From IMG/VR virus record IMGVR_UViG_3300042453_005404, positions 124,001 through 188,000 of that record: a stretch of DNA of 64,000 nt, one strand, 5' to 3'. Each line of letters begins with the position of its first letter. Position 1 is the stretch's first letter. A model generated the notes under the pieces. It worked only from the letters and a program-made list of their open reading frames with translations. It searched no databases and was not told the DNA's origin. The translations under genes and the position numbers were made by a program. Of this stretch, positions 55,001-64,000 are shown one piece after another.

Positions 55001-55312
55001 GTTGATAGCGGCAACAATAGGAGAAATGGTATCTTGACGATTATCGTTGGTTAGATTGCCGTCATGGTTTCCAAGAATAGAATACACAGGAGCAATAAGA
55101 GCAAGCTCGTTAAACATCCATGTGATTTTTTCAATCACTTCTGGTGTAATATTTTGAGTTTTAGTGTGAAAGATATCTCCCCCACAAAGAATATAGTCAG
55201 GCTTTACTTCTTCTCGCAGTTGACGAAAAAGTTCAGTAAAAACTTGTGTATATTCATCATGTCGAGTGATACCTCTCCAATGCACATCCGACACAAACGC
55301 TAACTTAGGCAT
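52076..55312 (-). CDS. fused SbcD(Mre11/gp47)-SbcC(Rad50/gp46) nuclease-ATPase
   Basis: SDVH, GGDIFH, GNHD, GDIH, YPGS; GPNKVGKSS, coiled coil, ASGMEK, IIDEG, ISH. Confidence 0.92.
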   Translation of the reverse strand: MPKLAFVSDVHWRGITRHDEYTQVFTELFRQLREEVKPDYILCGGDIFHTKTQNITPEVIEKITWMFNELALIAPVYSILGNHDGNLTNDNRQDTISPIVAAINNPRIVLFKKSGNWIIPNTNINLCVLSCFDEAGWNNVQTDEDLINVAMFHGSVRGCKTDSDWVMSHGEAEISMFERFDFALLGDIHHSQFLSERTCEGNEIIEIDEDDLPMKPWIGYPGSLIQQNYGEDVVKGYHVWDIRSADDWDVTFHQVANDYQFITVDWKGDVASTVSEALKVAGKTLQHKRVRIVSDQTVFHLQMKELYDELKNKHKASEVVFKAGKNENISESGSDEDTHQKATSLRNSPELLCELYDSFVEKDYKIALSSTQKDEAKAYVQKSLEKVRQLEDDVARDVVWSIKDMEFSNLYRYGEGNRIDFSNLNGITGIFGPNKVGKSSIVGSLMFGLFNTTDRGPVKSSYIINKNKREGYARVTINVSGTDYVVERSVAKASKRGGRYDDEKAATKLCLSRLESDGTEVELVSENSESRTDTDKVVRKLIGTSQDFLLTAFSNQGGMNRFIDEGATQRKAILNRFLDLDIFEKLYKMANEELQKFNTLSSKFRNVNWNEAKSECQASIDSCNQDIFAAKQDVDNKKERLEKLRGWLQRHGADKQADLRRKVAEASNKCERIQGKLANRQVELDGHNDSCNNLREKLQEIKQQLANMQLAELEEKAGKLKKLGESYNDLKVEVSQEQQKLAVQVKSIKKLDMVPCGDSFPTCHYIKDSHADKATHEAQKKLVEDILATYETVKADFDALQQEKIEEQIKVYRRWEKELESNEQKLSFSETLMKGCIETIASLQQELEAAKTEHVALVEELNKQEDLGSSIEEERVLATTIRDMETKLQQLYVKLGGYTNKLEQLSKEAEEAAKIIEEQKVYDSIVQAFSKNGIPAYVLKNKLPEINAELNNILAGIVSFRIFLETEVGSNTLDVFIEDKDSRRVIELASGMEKMIASLAIRVALISLSSLPKPDIFIIDEGWGVLDANNVGKVLELLQSIKTRFKSMIVISHIDAVKEVANSMITIYDNGNESSVNC

Positions 55313-55340
55313 AAGTTTATTTCTCCAGTTACAGTGTATA

Positions 55341-56300
55341 CTACTTGATAATGTTTCTCAAGTAATACATTTCATCGAACTCTACCGTGTTGGTTTCACG
55401 TAACTCTAAAAAACGATCTTTGGATATTTCACCGGGATCTTTTATTTCTTCCGGCAACTCCAAAATCCTTACATCAATATTGTAGTCATAAAGCAGCTTG
55501 GCTGTGTCTAGTGTTGCTCTCATGGCATCATTATCTAAACAAAGCAACACTGGCGTTGCGTGAGTGACAATAGCTTGAAACAAAGCACATTGTTTTGTTA
55601 GTTCTTTACCAAGCAAGCAAGTAGCATTATCGTTAACCTTAAACATATCGAATGGACCTTCAACGATTGTTAGTTCATCATCCCAATCGATATTGATTTC
55701 GTTAAACACAACAGTTTCTCTACGAAACCTTGGATTGAAATACTTTGGCTTGATAAAGCTTTTGTAAGTTCTTGCGGTAAAGAAGTTCAAGTTACCTTCT
55801 ATGTCATGAGAAGGAACAATAACACGATTCTTATATGATTTATCTAGTTCTGTTACACCAAACTTGAAATACCAAAAATCACGTTCTGTTAATCCACGTT
55901 GTTTAAGATACTTGATAGATTGACGAATATGTGCTGGAGGATCTTCGTTATCTAACCACTCAGCTAACAGTTGGAAACCTGTTGGTAGTTGAAGAACCTC
56001 TAGTTCCTTTTTAAATGCCTTTTCTTCGTCATCAAAGACAAGTGATGCACCATCGAACTGAGTAATAAACTCCTCGGCTTGTACGGGCTTATAACGCCTT
56101 AGAAGGCCATAAATGCTTCTTGCTTTGTAGCCACACTTCCAGCATTTAGTTAGAAAGTTATCTGTGCGAATAGCAAGTTTCTTTTTATCTGTGTCACCAC
56201 AAATAGGACAACAAACGTTTGCGTTGAGTCCAGCGTTGGTAAGTTTCGCTGGTCCAAAGCAGCGTTCTAGAAAATCGATAACCTGTCCTTGTGTGTGCAT
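55341..56300 (-). CDS. DNA primase (Zn ribbon + TOPRIM)
   Basis: CPIC...CWKC, YLKQRG, KY.NP, VEGPFD, LDND; leaderless TTGACT-17-TAGCCT-6-ATG. Confidence 0.88.
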   Translation of the reverse strand: MHTQGQVIDFLERCFGPAKLTNAGLNANVCCPICGDTDKKKLAIRTDNFLTKCWKCGYKARSIYGLLRRYKPVQAEEFITQFDGASLVFDDEEKAFKKELEVLQLPTGFQLLAEWLDNEDPPAHIRQSIKYLKQRGLTERDFWYFKFGVTELDKSYKNRVIVPSHDIEGNLNFFTARTYKSFIKPKYFNPRFRRETVVFNEINIDWDDELTIVEGPFDMFKVNDNATCLLGKELTKQCALFQAIVTHATPVLLCLDNDAMRATLDTAKLLYDYNIDVRILELPEEIKDPGEISKDRFLELRETNTVEFDEMYYLRNIIK

Positions 56301-56341
56301 GGTTGCAGGCTAAGAGATGTATAAGAAAAAGTCAAGAGTTA

Positions 56342-56608
56342 TTACTTGATTCTCTTACAACCTTTACCTTGTTGTATGTGATATCTCATAGCTTCGTTAT
56401 GACTCATAGGAGAAACAGCAAGCAAAACCTTTTTGCTTTCAACTTCCATAATCAGTTGTTTTTTGTTGGTCTTAATCACAGGCCATATATCAACATAACC
56501 TGTGTATCCAGCTTCATAAACTTCAGATAACAGTTCTTCGGTAGCTTTTTGCAGTTGAAGCTTGAGCGTATACAAGGCTTTTTCGTGTTCGGTTATTGGT
56601 GGTAGCAT
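56342..56608 (-). CDS. hypothetical protein
   Basis: ATG at 56608. Confidence 0.5.
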   Translation of the reverse strand: MLPPITEHEKALYTLKLQLQKATEELLSEVYEAGYTGYVDIWPVIKTNKKQLIMEVESKKVLLAVSPMSHNEAMRYHIQQGKGCKRIK

Positions 56609-56636
56609 GGTGTGGAAGATAACCAATAGAAGAAAG

Positions 56637-56933
56637 CTAAGAGAACATGTAATACATCGCAATATGTCTTAGTGTTATTCCTGTCATAAGACACAGCATT
56701 ATTGTACTGATTCTTGTTTGTTTGTCAGATTTTTCCAAATATCTTCCTTCTTGATAAGAAGAAGCTTTGACATAAAACGAACCAACTAATAGCTGAAGGC
56801 ATAGCCATGTAGATTGATGTGATAATCCATATATGGAGATTATAAAATCAGCTACAACAAAAAGAACGATTGGAGCGTATTTGCAAGGCAAACAGTTTGT
56901 TAATGTTGGAGGTATTACTGATGTGTTTCTCAT
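56637..56933 (-). CDS. small membrane protein
   Basis: about 3 hydrophobic segments. Confidence 0.5.
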   Translation of the reverse strand: MRNTSVIPPTLTNCLPCKYAPIVLFVVADFIISIYGLSHQSTWLCLQLLVGSFYVKASSYQEGRYLEKSDKQTRISTIMLCLMTGITLRHIAMYYMFS

Positions 56934-56954
56934 AGAAATCTATGATAAACGATA

Positions 56955-57308
56955 TCAAGTAAGTTGACCATGAGTTAGATGCATATGATTTTGTTGAATA
57001 TATGCTTGTTTTTGGTAGTGTTCAAAGTATACAGGAAACAGCATTACGAAGTCTGAGCCACCAAAGCTTTTGGTGCTTTCATTCATACGTTCAACATATG
57101 AACGTTGCACTTTGATTGGGTCGCCAACGATTTTGGCAAGCGAGTTACCTTTTACACCACCTATAGGTCTTGGAAAAGCACAGCCGTTAATATCGCAACG
57201 TATTTCTCCGTAGCCATCTTTTTCTAGTTCATATACTGGAACGTTATCTGGGGCAATACCATGCACGGTGCTGCCATGTCCAACTCTTACAAAATCTCCT
57301 ACAGCCAT
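56955..57308 (-). CDS. hypothetical protein
   Basis: directly downstream of groEL; no GroES motifs. Confidence 0.65.
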   Translation of the reverse strand: MAVGDFVRVGHGSTVHGIAPDNVPVYELEKDGYGEIRCDINGCAFPRPIGGVKGNSLAKIVGDPIKVQRSYVERMNESTKSFGGSDFVMLFPVYFEHYQKQAYIQQNHMHLTHGQLT

Positions 57309-57314
57309 TGTTTT

Positions 57315-59060
57315 TTATCCTTCGTTGTTTATAACAACAACACAATTTGTTGTAAGTAGCAACCCAACAACTGAACAAGCGTGTTCGATTGCATAGCGTT
57401 CTACTTTGTGTGGATCGATAATACCTTGATCGATTAAGTCACAATATACATGACGGCTTGCATCGTAACCTTGACGCAAACGTTTATTTAACAAGCTTTC
57501 TGCTTTCTTTTCAACGAGATTTTCTGGACGGTTTGTATCACCAGCAATATCGTGTAGAAGATTTACAAGCTTTTCACTGTCATACGAACGCAGTTGGTTC
57601 ATGACAACATCTGAACTTTTTCCTGTGTTCTCAACAATAACTCTTAGTGGTTGACGGCAAGCTTCATAAATAACTTTTGCACCAGCAAGTTCATCCTCTG
57701 TCATGGTATGGCCTGCCATTTCTTTTTGTAGCCATTCTGAGGCATAGAAAAGAGCTGTACCACCACCGGGAAGGATTCCTTCTTGAACAGCCGCTATCGT
57801 GGCATTTAAAGCGTCTTCAACACGATCTTTTTTTTCAAAGATTTCTACTTCGGTGCTACCACCAACTTTGATAACAGCAATACCCCCAGCAAGTTTAGCA
57901 AGACGCTTTTTGGTATTCTCACGCTTCAAATCGTCTAAACCAACATTAGCAGCAAGCAATGTTCTTAGTTGATCAACACGTTCAGAGATTAAGTCTTTGC
58001 GTGAGCCAGCGTCATCACCAACAAGAGTTGTTGAGCTCTTAGTGATGATTGCTCGCTTACATTGTCCGAGATCTGATAGTGTTGCATTTTTGATTGACTT
58101 TTCTGAGCTGGCATCAAATACTTTGCCACCTGTTACAAGGGCGATATCAGAAAGAACATCAACACGATTTTCTCCGTAACTTGGAGCTTTGATTGCGCAA
58201 GTGAACAAAACACCTTTCATCTTGTTGACGATTAGAGTATGAAGAGCTTCACCTTCGATCTCATCACCAATGATTAACAAAGGCTTGTTAGCATTTGCAG
58301 CAAGTTCCAAAACCGGAAGAATTTCTTGTAGTGAAGATAGCTTTTTGTTAGTGATAAGAATGTAAGGATCATTGAGTTCTGCGGTCATCTTTTCTTGATT
58401 TGTAACAAAGTATGGACTTACAAATCCAGAATCAAACTGCATACCTTCTACAACATCCAAGCTTGTTTTAACACTTTTAGCTGGTTCGATGGTGATGATA
58501 CCATCTTGGCCAACTCTAGAAATAGCTTCGGAAAGAAGCACACCAATAGATCTATCGCCGTTAGCAGAGATTGTACCAATATTGATAATGTCTTCGTTGT
58601 TACGAACTGGGATAGCATGTTCTTTAAGCCACGAAATAACTTTTTCTGTTGCCCATTCCATTCCACGTTTGATTTCAATCGCAGAACGTCCTGTTGCAGT
58701 CATTTTGATACCTTGCTTAAGCATGGCATAACCAAGAACGGTGGCAGTGGAAGTGCCATCTCCAGCTTGTTCATTTGTTTTGCTGGCAATCTCTTTGATT
58801 AGTTCCGCTCCTAAACTTGGAAGCTTTGAACGTAGATTGATACTCTTGGCAACAGTAACACCATCTTTAGTGATTAATGGTGCTGTTTTACCATTGTCAA
58901 TAATAACATTGTGTCCACTTGGACCCATTGTGGATTTAACAGCTTTATAAAGGATTTCTGCACCTTCTAAAAGTTGGTTATGAGCTTCTTGACCGAAAGT
59001 AACTTCTTGTACAGAAGACTCGGTTGCAACCGGTTGATTTGTTTTGTTCATATGCATCAA
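57315..59060 (-). CDS. groEL: chaperonin GroEL
   Basis: TMGPSG, ITKDGVTVAK, GDGTSTAT, EGMQFD.G, KAPSYG, GGIAVIKVG, PGGG. Confidence 0.95.
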   Translation of the reverse strand: MMHMNKTNQPVATESSVQEVTFGQEAHNQLLEGAEILYKAVKSTMGPSGHNVIIDNGKTAPLITKDGVTVAKSINLRSKLPSLGAELIKEIASKTNEQAGDGTSTATVLGYAMLKQGIKMTATGRSAIEIKRGMEWATEKVISWLKEHAIPVRNNEDIINIGTISANGDRSIGVLLSEAISRVGQDGIITIEPAKSVKTSLDVVEGMQFDSGFVSPYFVTNQEKMTAELNDPYILITNKKLSSLQEILPVLELAANANKPLLIIGDEIEGEALHTLIVNKMKGVLFTCAIKAPSYGENRVDVLSDIALVTGGKVFDASSEKSIKNATLSDLGQCKRAIITKSSTTLVGDDAGSRKDLISERVDQLRTLLAANVGLDDLKRENTKKRLAKLAGGIAVIKVGGSTEVEIFEKKDRVEDALNATIAAVQEGILPGGGTALFYASEWLQKEMAGHTMTEDELAGAKVIYEACRQPLRVIVENTGKSSDVVMNQLRSYDSEKLVNLLHDIAGDTNRPENLVEKKAESLLNKRLRQGYDASRHVYCDLIDQGIIDPHKVERYAIEHACSVVGLLLTTNCVVVINNEG

Positions 59061-59584
59061 GTTGGAAGGTTAATAGAAATCTTACGGATTGTTCCATCGG
59101 AGTCAACGAATTCACGAGTGTTTAGTTCTGGATCACTTAATGCATTTCTTAGACCATTTAATCCGTTAACATGTTGCAAGGGCATCATTGGTTTTGCATA
59201 ACCGTTTATTTGCGGCGCTGCAACTTCGTTCATTAATGCTGCTGGATCTAGTTTTCCATTGCTTGTTGTTGAAGCTACCGATTTTTGGCTATTATGATAC
59301 CATTGATTTACACGTTCGTTTGTAGTGTTGCAAAGATCGTCAACAAAAGCAGTTAATCTAGAAATCAAAACGTTTCTTATTTCGTTTAAGTCTCCATATA
59401 CCTCACCATCAACTGTTGCAAGATCTACAACACGTTGTTTGCCTTGCGGGCCTATCGCAACACGGTAAGAAACCTTTTCTCCGTCAATGGATCGGTGATG
59501 AATCTCTTCTTGTACAATTCCCGGCAAAACTGTTTGAGTTTTGTCGCTAAGAACGTAAATCACTTGTCCAATAGCAAAGCTCAT
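59057..59584 (-). CDS. hypothetical protein
   Basis: ATGA-coupled operon; IGQVIYV. Confidence 0.7.
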   Translation of the reverse strand: MSFAIGQVIYVLSDKTQTVLPGIVQEEIHHRSIDGEKVSYRVAIGPQGKQRVVDLATVDGEVYGDLNEIRNVLISRLTAFVDDLCNTTNERVNQWYHNSQKSVASTTSNGKLDPAALMNEVAAPQINGYAKPMMPLQHVNGLNGLRNALSDPELNTREFVDSDGTIRKISINLPT

Positions 59585-59991
59585 GGTGATCCTTGTAATG
59601 CTTTAGCGTAATCTTCCGTTAAAACAAGAATAGTTTCTCCTTGGTTAACGTTTAACTTGCGTTCGTAAGGAGTGAAATCCAAGTTAGAAATAGAAGCACG
59701 AAACTTTTGTTCGGTATCATAACCAGAGTACAAATCAAAAAAGTACATAATCTTTTCAAAAGCTTTTGGATGTAGTGCCATGGGAACAATTTGATTGGTA
59801 GACAAACCACGTTGATAAGCTTCCTTCATATAACGTTCAGCATCAACCAATACCATGTCTCTTCTATCCCCAGCATAAATCGCATAACGTTTTTGTGTTA
59901 ACACATCACGAAGTTTGCGTTCACTTGCATGACCACCAAAGTTGCGGCAGTTTAAAATAATGTCTTCGATAACACTTGCATGAAATCTCAT
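59581..59991 (-). CDS. hypothetical protein
   Basis: ATGA-coupled operon. Confidence 0.7.
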   Translation of the reverse strand: MRFHASVIEDIILNCRNFGGHASERKLRDVLTQKRYAIYAGDRRDMVLVDAERYMKEAYQRGLSTNQIVPMALHPKAFEKIMYFFDLYSGYDTEQKFRASISNLDFTPYERKLNVNQGETILVLTEDYAKALQGSP

Positions 59992-60476
59992 TTTGATTGA
60001 TCCTCTTTCATATCTTTCTTAAGTTTGTTTTCGTATTCTGCTTTGCGTTCTTGTTGATTTTCAAATGCCGTTGCTGCGATATCATTTGCCTTGGCAACAA
60101 CTCTGTCAATAAGTTCGTTGCCATCCTTTCGTGCTTTGTCAAGAGGCTTCATTCCCAAGCCAACTCTGATCTTGTCAATAGCATCTCCTATGTGCAAGCT
60201 TGGAAACGTTTCGCATAGAACTTCTTCAAGATGTTTGAAGTCAATAAACATGTGAGGATGTGGTCCATCCATGATTTCTTCGGGCTTTCCAGTGTCACCA
60301 ACTTCAAACTCACCGGTTTGACTATAGCGCATAATGAAAAGACCTACAGGCATATCCTTGTCTTTTGGAATAATGACGTATGGAATAGGTGATACTTTTT
60401 CACCGGGATAACTTGGTGACTCGTAAAGAATCTCTGGTGGGGCATCTAGCTTGCGAACTTTTTTTACTGAGTTCAT
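59988..60476 (-). CDS. hypothetical protein
   Basis: ATGA-coupled operon. Confidence 0.7.
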   Translation of the reverse strand: MNSVKKVRKLDAPPEILYESPSYPGEKVSPIPYVIIPKDKDMPVGLFIMRYSQTGEFEVGDTGKPEEIMDGPHPHMFIDFKHLEEVLCETFPSLHIGDAIDKIRVGLGMKPLDKARKDGNELIDRVVAKANDIAATAFENQQERKAEYENKLKKDMKEDQSK

Positions 60477-60754
60477 GGTTCATCTCTTTCTGGGTCGATA
60501 ATCTCAAGGAATAGGTCGAAGTAGTGCTTGTGTTGCACCTTCTTCTTGAGATCAACCAAGCGCAAAGCTAGTTTTAATGTTTTGGTATCAAGCTTTGATG
60601 CGTATTCGTCAACGAGGTCTTTCTTTGCTTCACGCAAAGTAGCTTCTTCGTTTTCTAAAGTACGCATTCTGTCAACAAACTCGTTAACGATTGGTTTGAG
60701 TTCAGAGAGATTCTCTGGCATCTCGTCTGGTTCAACTTGCTGCTTACGTCTCAT
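60473..60754 (-). CDS. DsbA(T4)/GapR(DUF2312)-like DNA-binding protein
   Basis: FVDRMRTLENE...KDL..E...LDTKTLKLALR. Confidence 0.6.
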   Translation of the reverse strand: MRRKQQVEPDEMPENLSELKPIVNEFVDRMRTLENEEATLREAKKDLVDEYASKLDTKTLKLALRLVDLKKKVQHKHYFDLFLEIIDPERDEP

Positions 60755-60815
60755 GTTTATGCCTATCCTTGTGGATAAGCATATCATATTTGGAAGTAGA
60801 GATTTTTGTATAATC

Positions 60816-61898
60816 TTATTGTTTAGGTTGTTGAACGGGCCGGGTTGTTTGGGTAGTAACAGTTTGAGGTTGTGCGACTGATTGAGCAGGGTTTTGAGGC
60901 TGTTGAACGGGCTGTGCTGGTTGAGGTCGAGCAGGAACATCTGGCATACTCTTTATTTCTGCGGCCACAACTTTACTAGCTGCTTGCAAAGCAGCAGGAG
61001 ATGGTTTGACTTCGAACTTTTTGTTCTTGCCTTTCATTTTTTCGAACATTTCGGTTACAAATTTTTGAGCCATTGCTTTATATCTTTGAATCTCTTGCGG
61101 AGTTACTTGGCCAACTTGGCCTGACGATATAGCTTTGTGTAGGCTTTGCATAAATCTTCTCATAACTTTTGGTAAGTTTGTTGTACTCCATGCGTCCGCC
61201 GCTTTTACAATTTCTGGATTTTTTATAAGTTTATTTAGAACTTTTTTCTTTTTGTCGTTGCGGAGATCTTGAAATTTTGTTGTATTTGCTTGTGGTGTAT
61301 TTGCTTCAACATAGATATTGCCTCTTTCGCCGCTAATCAAATCATACGCTTTCTGTGCTCGCCCTCCACTAACCACGTTTAAAACCGAGAATGCAGTGTC
61401 TAAAGCTTTTCCTCCAACAGCAAGTCCAGCAATAGCGTTAATTGGAGAGGCAACAAAACCGATACCCCAAAAGTCGGTTTTAAACGTTTCCCAACCTCTG
61501 TTTAACTCTGCATCAGCTTCTCTGAACTGATTGTCCAAATCCCTCAAAGCTTCATTTTCCCAATTTTTTGAGTATCTGTAAATCTCTTTAAGAGTAGTAT
61601 CGTTAAATGGTAAAATTTGAAATATTGCAGCAACTATAATTTCCCAACCCATTTTAATTGCTTTAATACCAGCTTCTAAACCACGCTTAAACACGGCATT
61701 GCCGATACCTGTCCCGAGCCCCAAAAACATACCAAAAGTACTATCTTGAGGGTCAAGGAATCTTTTGACTCCTTGCTTCTCATCTTCAAGCAGCATCTGC
61801 TCGAAAGCCGTGTTAATTTCTTCTTCAATGATTTGAAGAAGAATTTCCATTCGTTTTTCGTTTAGTTTCCGCTTGTAGTAATCTTTCTTTGCCACCAT
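60816..61898 (-). CDS. putative virion protein with Gly-rich hydrophobic segments and Q/P tail
   Basis: LLQIIEEE/LLE N-terminus; FLGLGTGIG; PINAIAGLAVGG. Confidence 0.6.
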   Translation of the reverse strand: MVAKKDYYKRKLNEKRMEILLQIIEEEINTAFEQMLLEDEKQGVKRFLDPQDSTFGMFLGLGTGIGNAVFKRGLEAGIKAIKMGWEIIVAAIFQILPFNDTTLKEIYRYSKNWENEALRDLDNQFREADAELNRGWETFKTDFWGIGFVASPINAIAGLAVGGKALDTAFSVLNVVSGGRAQKAYDLISGERGNIYVEANTPQANTTKFQDLRNDKKKKVLNKLIKNPEIVKAADAWSTTNLPKVMRRFMQSLHKAISSGQVGQVTPQEIQRYKAMAQKFVTEMFEKMKGKNKKFEVKPSPAALQAASKVVAAEIKSMPDVPARPQPAQPVQQPQNPAQSVAQPQTVTTQTTRPVQQPKQ

Positions 61899-62193
61899 TT
61901 AAAGCCCATCCTTTTGGTCTACTAACCCAAGTTGGATCATGTAGTCTACTTGGATCGATCCAAAGCTTAACACCTGTAATTAGTTCCCAATACGCTATCA
62001 CTTCAAGATCCATATCATTTAATATCATTTTCTTGGTACTGCGATGCCGTTTAGACAATCCTACAGACTTACGATGCTGCCCCGGTATTGCTTGCAGTAT
62101 TATTCTTTTCAAACGAAACCAATCAGTTTCGTTGCCTTGCACGTAAGATGCTACATACTCTACTCGCTCTTTAATGTAATCTGGCAATGGCAT
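61825..62193 (-). CDS. hypothetical protein
   Basis: ATG at 62193 after a TATTTA motif. Confidence 0.6.
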   Translation of the reverse strand: MPLPDYIKERVEYVASYVQGNETDWFRLKRIILQAIPGQHRKSVGLSKRHRSTKKMILNDMDLEVIAYWELITGVKLWIDPSRLHDPTWVSRPKGWALNGGKERLLQAETKRKTNGNSSSNH

Positions 62194-62294
62194 ATCGATA
62201 AATATAATAGAACGTAACGTTGACATTTTTCATTTTGAACTAGAATACTTAATCTTTGTTATCTTTTTCTAGAAAAGACACTCAAGGTTAAGCA

Positions 62295-64000
62295 ATGGCT
62301 AAAAAAGAAAAGAGCTTCTATCAGCGGCTAACACGATTGTTTCGCAGCGGTCCTGCGATTCGTAGAAAAGTTCGTGGTCAAGACTACAAAAACTTCTATG
62401 ACAACCAAGTAGTTCAAAACAATCTTGGCTACTACGGTGCTGCTGGATTCAAGCGTGAAGCATCTCCGTTTTCTGTAATGGGAGCCTATGGCATCCTTGA
62501 TCGTATGTCCAGATATGCAGAGTTTGCCGAAATGGAAAATACGGCAGATATAGCTACAGCATTAAACGTTTATGCTGATGAATCTTGTGCTTCAGATGAA
62601 AACGGTAGAACGTTTCACATCTATAGCGATGTTCCACAAATCCAACGTGCATTAGAAGAACTCTTTTATGACGTAGTGAATATTGAGTTTAATGCTCGTC
62701 GTATGGTTCGTAACCTTGTTAAAAACGGTGACTACTTCATGTATGTTGAAGTTGTTCCTGATTATGGTGTTATCAACGTAGAACCTCTTCCAGTAAACGA
62801 AGTTGAACGTGAAGAAGGTTTTGATAAGCATGACCCTTACGCTGTTAGATTTAGACTTATAACAAGAGGCGGCAAGTATCTTGAAAACTGGCAGATGCTA
62901 CACTTCCGTATTCTTGGTAACGATCTATTCCTTCCATATGGTACAAGCTTCCTAGAGTCAGCCAGAAGACCTTGGAGACAGTTAACCATGATGGAAGACT
63001 CCATGTTGGTATATCGTCTTGTAAGATCTCCAGAACGCAGAGTGTTTTACGTAGACGTAAGTGCCGTTCATCCAAATGATATTCCAAGTTATATGGAAGC
63101 TGTTAAAGAATCCATGCGTGGAGCAAGCGTTATCGAGCAACAAACGGGACGCCAAGACTTCCGTTATAATCCTCTTGCTATCGATGAAGACTACTTCCTG
63201 CCAACCAGACCAAACAATCAAACCAAGATTGAATCATTGGCTGGTGGACAAAACGCAACAGCTATCGAAGATGTTGAATATATTCACAAGAAGCTTATTG
63301 CAGCACTCATGGTACCAAAAGCTTATCTGACTTATGATGAAGCTATTAGTTCCAAAGCAACTCTTGCGCAAGAAGACATTCGTTTTTCCAGAACAGTTGG
63401 TCAGTTGCAAAAGATTTTGATTGCAGAGCTTAACAAGCTTGCAATGATTCATCTTTATGCGCTCGGTTTTTCTGGAGATGATTTGTTGAACTTTGATATC
63501 AAGTTTTCAAATCCATCAACTGTTGCCGTGCAGCAAAAGCTTGCTCTTATTTCAAGCAAACTTGAGATTGCAGCAAAAGCTTTGGAGTTAGGCAAAGAAA
63601 CCGGTTTGTTAAGCTTCAACTACATTCAACGAGAAATTCTTGGCTTGCGCCCAGAACAAATAAACATAATCAAACAAGAAGCTCGTCAAGATCAAGTTAC
63701 AATGGCCGAGCTTAAGAAAATCGCAGAGAATCCTCCGTTTGATAAAAGCATCGATTCAAACGTTGATATATTCGACAAAAGCAACTATGAAGTTCCTACT
63801 TCACCATATGCCCCAGACAAAAAAGAACTTCGCAAAGTTGAGATTCAAAATCAAGAAGAAGAGCAAGAGTATCAAGCCAAGCGAGCAAAAGAGCGTGAAG
63901 AAAAATCTGGAAATAACAGTGGTGCTCCTATTAGATTCAGTCCAACACCAAATCTTGATAAAAGCTTTAGAAAGTCTAGAAGAAGCAAAGCGTTTACAGG
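62295..64000 (+). CDS. portal protein (T4 gp20-like), 3' end outside the window; missed by ORF track
   Basis: ALNVYADE, HFR, PYGTSFLESARRPWRQLTMMEDSMLVYRLVRSPERRVFYVDV, EDYFLP, IEDVEY, VPKAYL. Confidence 0.93.
   Translation, partial: MAKKEKSFYQRLTRLFRSGPAIRRKVRGQDYKNFYDNQVVQNNLGYYGAAGFKREASPFSVMGAYGILDRMSRYAEFAEMENTADIATALNVYADESCASDENGRTFHIYSDVPQIQRALEELFYDVVNIEFNARRMVRNLVKNGDYFMYVEVVPDYGVINVEPLPVNEVEREEGFDKHDPYAVRFRLITRGGKYLENWQMLHFRILGNDLFLPYGTSFLESARRPWRQLTMMEDSMLVYRLVRSPERRVFYVDVSAVHPNDIPSYMEAVKESMRGASVIEQQTGRQDFRYNPLAIDEDYFLPTRPNNQTKIESLAGGQNATAIEDVEYIHKKLIAALMVPKAYLTYDEAISSKATLAQEDIRFSRTVGQLQKILIAELNKLAMIHLYALGFSGDDLLNFDIKFSNPSTVAVQQKLALISSKLEIAAKALELGKETGLLSFNYIQREILGLRPEQINIIKQEARQDQVTMAELKKIAENPPFDKSIDSNVDIFDKSNYEVPTSPYAPDKKELRKVEIQNQEEEQEYQAKRAKEREEKSGNNSGAPIRFSPTPNLDKSFRKSRRSKAFT

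Noticed and set aside
56955-57308. GroES call for the ORF after groEL
   Set aside because: Lacks the PLxDRV and GGI mobile-loop signatures.
62857-63452. Short ORFs listed near the right end
   Set aside because: They lie within the portal reading frame that starts at 62295 and runs off the window.

Overview
This window is part of a large (jumbo-type) T4-like tailed phage genome, read with the standard genetic code. Core genes are a T4-type terminase large subunit, a T4 gp20-like portal (runs off the right end and is missed by the ORF track), a DnaE-type DNA polymerase, a primase, a fused SbcD-SbcC nuclease/ATPase, two RadA/Sms-like ATPases, GroEL, UvsE, an RNA ligase and a sigma70-like factor. 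RNA genes are a tmRNA, 12 canonical tRNAs and 2 non-canonical tRNA-like RNAs. Positions 1-9.4 kb hold small early genes, many with their own sigma70-type promoter and an ATG only 6 nt after the -10 box (leaderless). This region includes an expanded family of small beta-barrel-like paralogs with GC-rich hypervariable middles. The non-coding segments at 7.5-7.9 kb and 9.5-9.9 kb carry a decamer array, a dense C-tract block and a local GC-skew flip. The most striking system is a set of about 20 genes, mostly at 9.9-35.8 kb, in which unrelated enzyme-like domains (GNAT-, ART-, Nudix-, kinase-, exonuclease-, peptidase- and NTase-like) share a short N-terminal tag (MKLYxILFE or LKxIIxE). The tag resembles the T4 capsid-targeting and prohead-protease signal. 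Many of these genes also share a TAnwTA upstream motif. All protein calls come from motif recognition by eye; no database searches were run.
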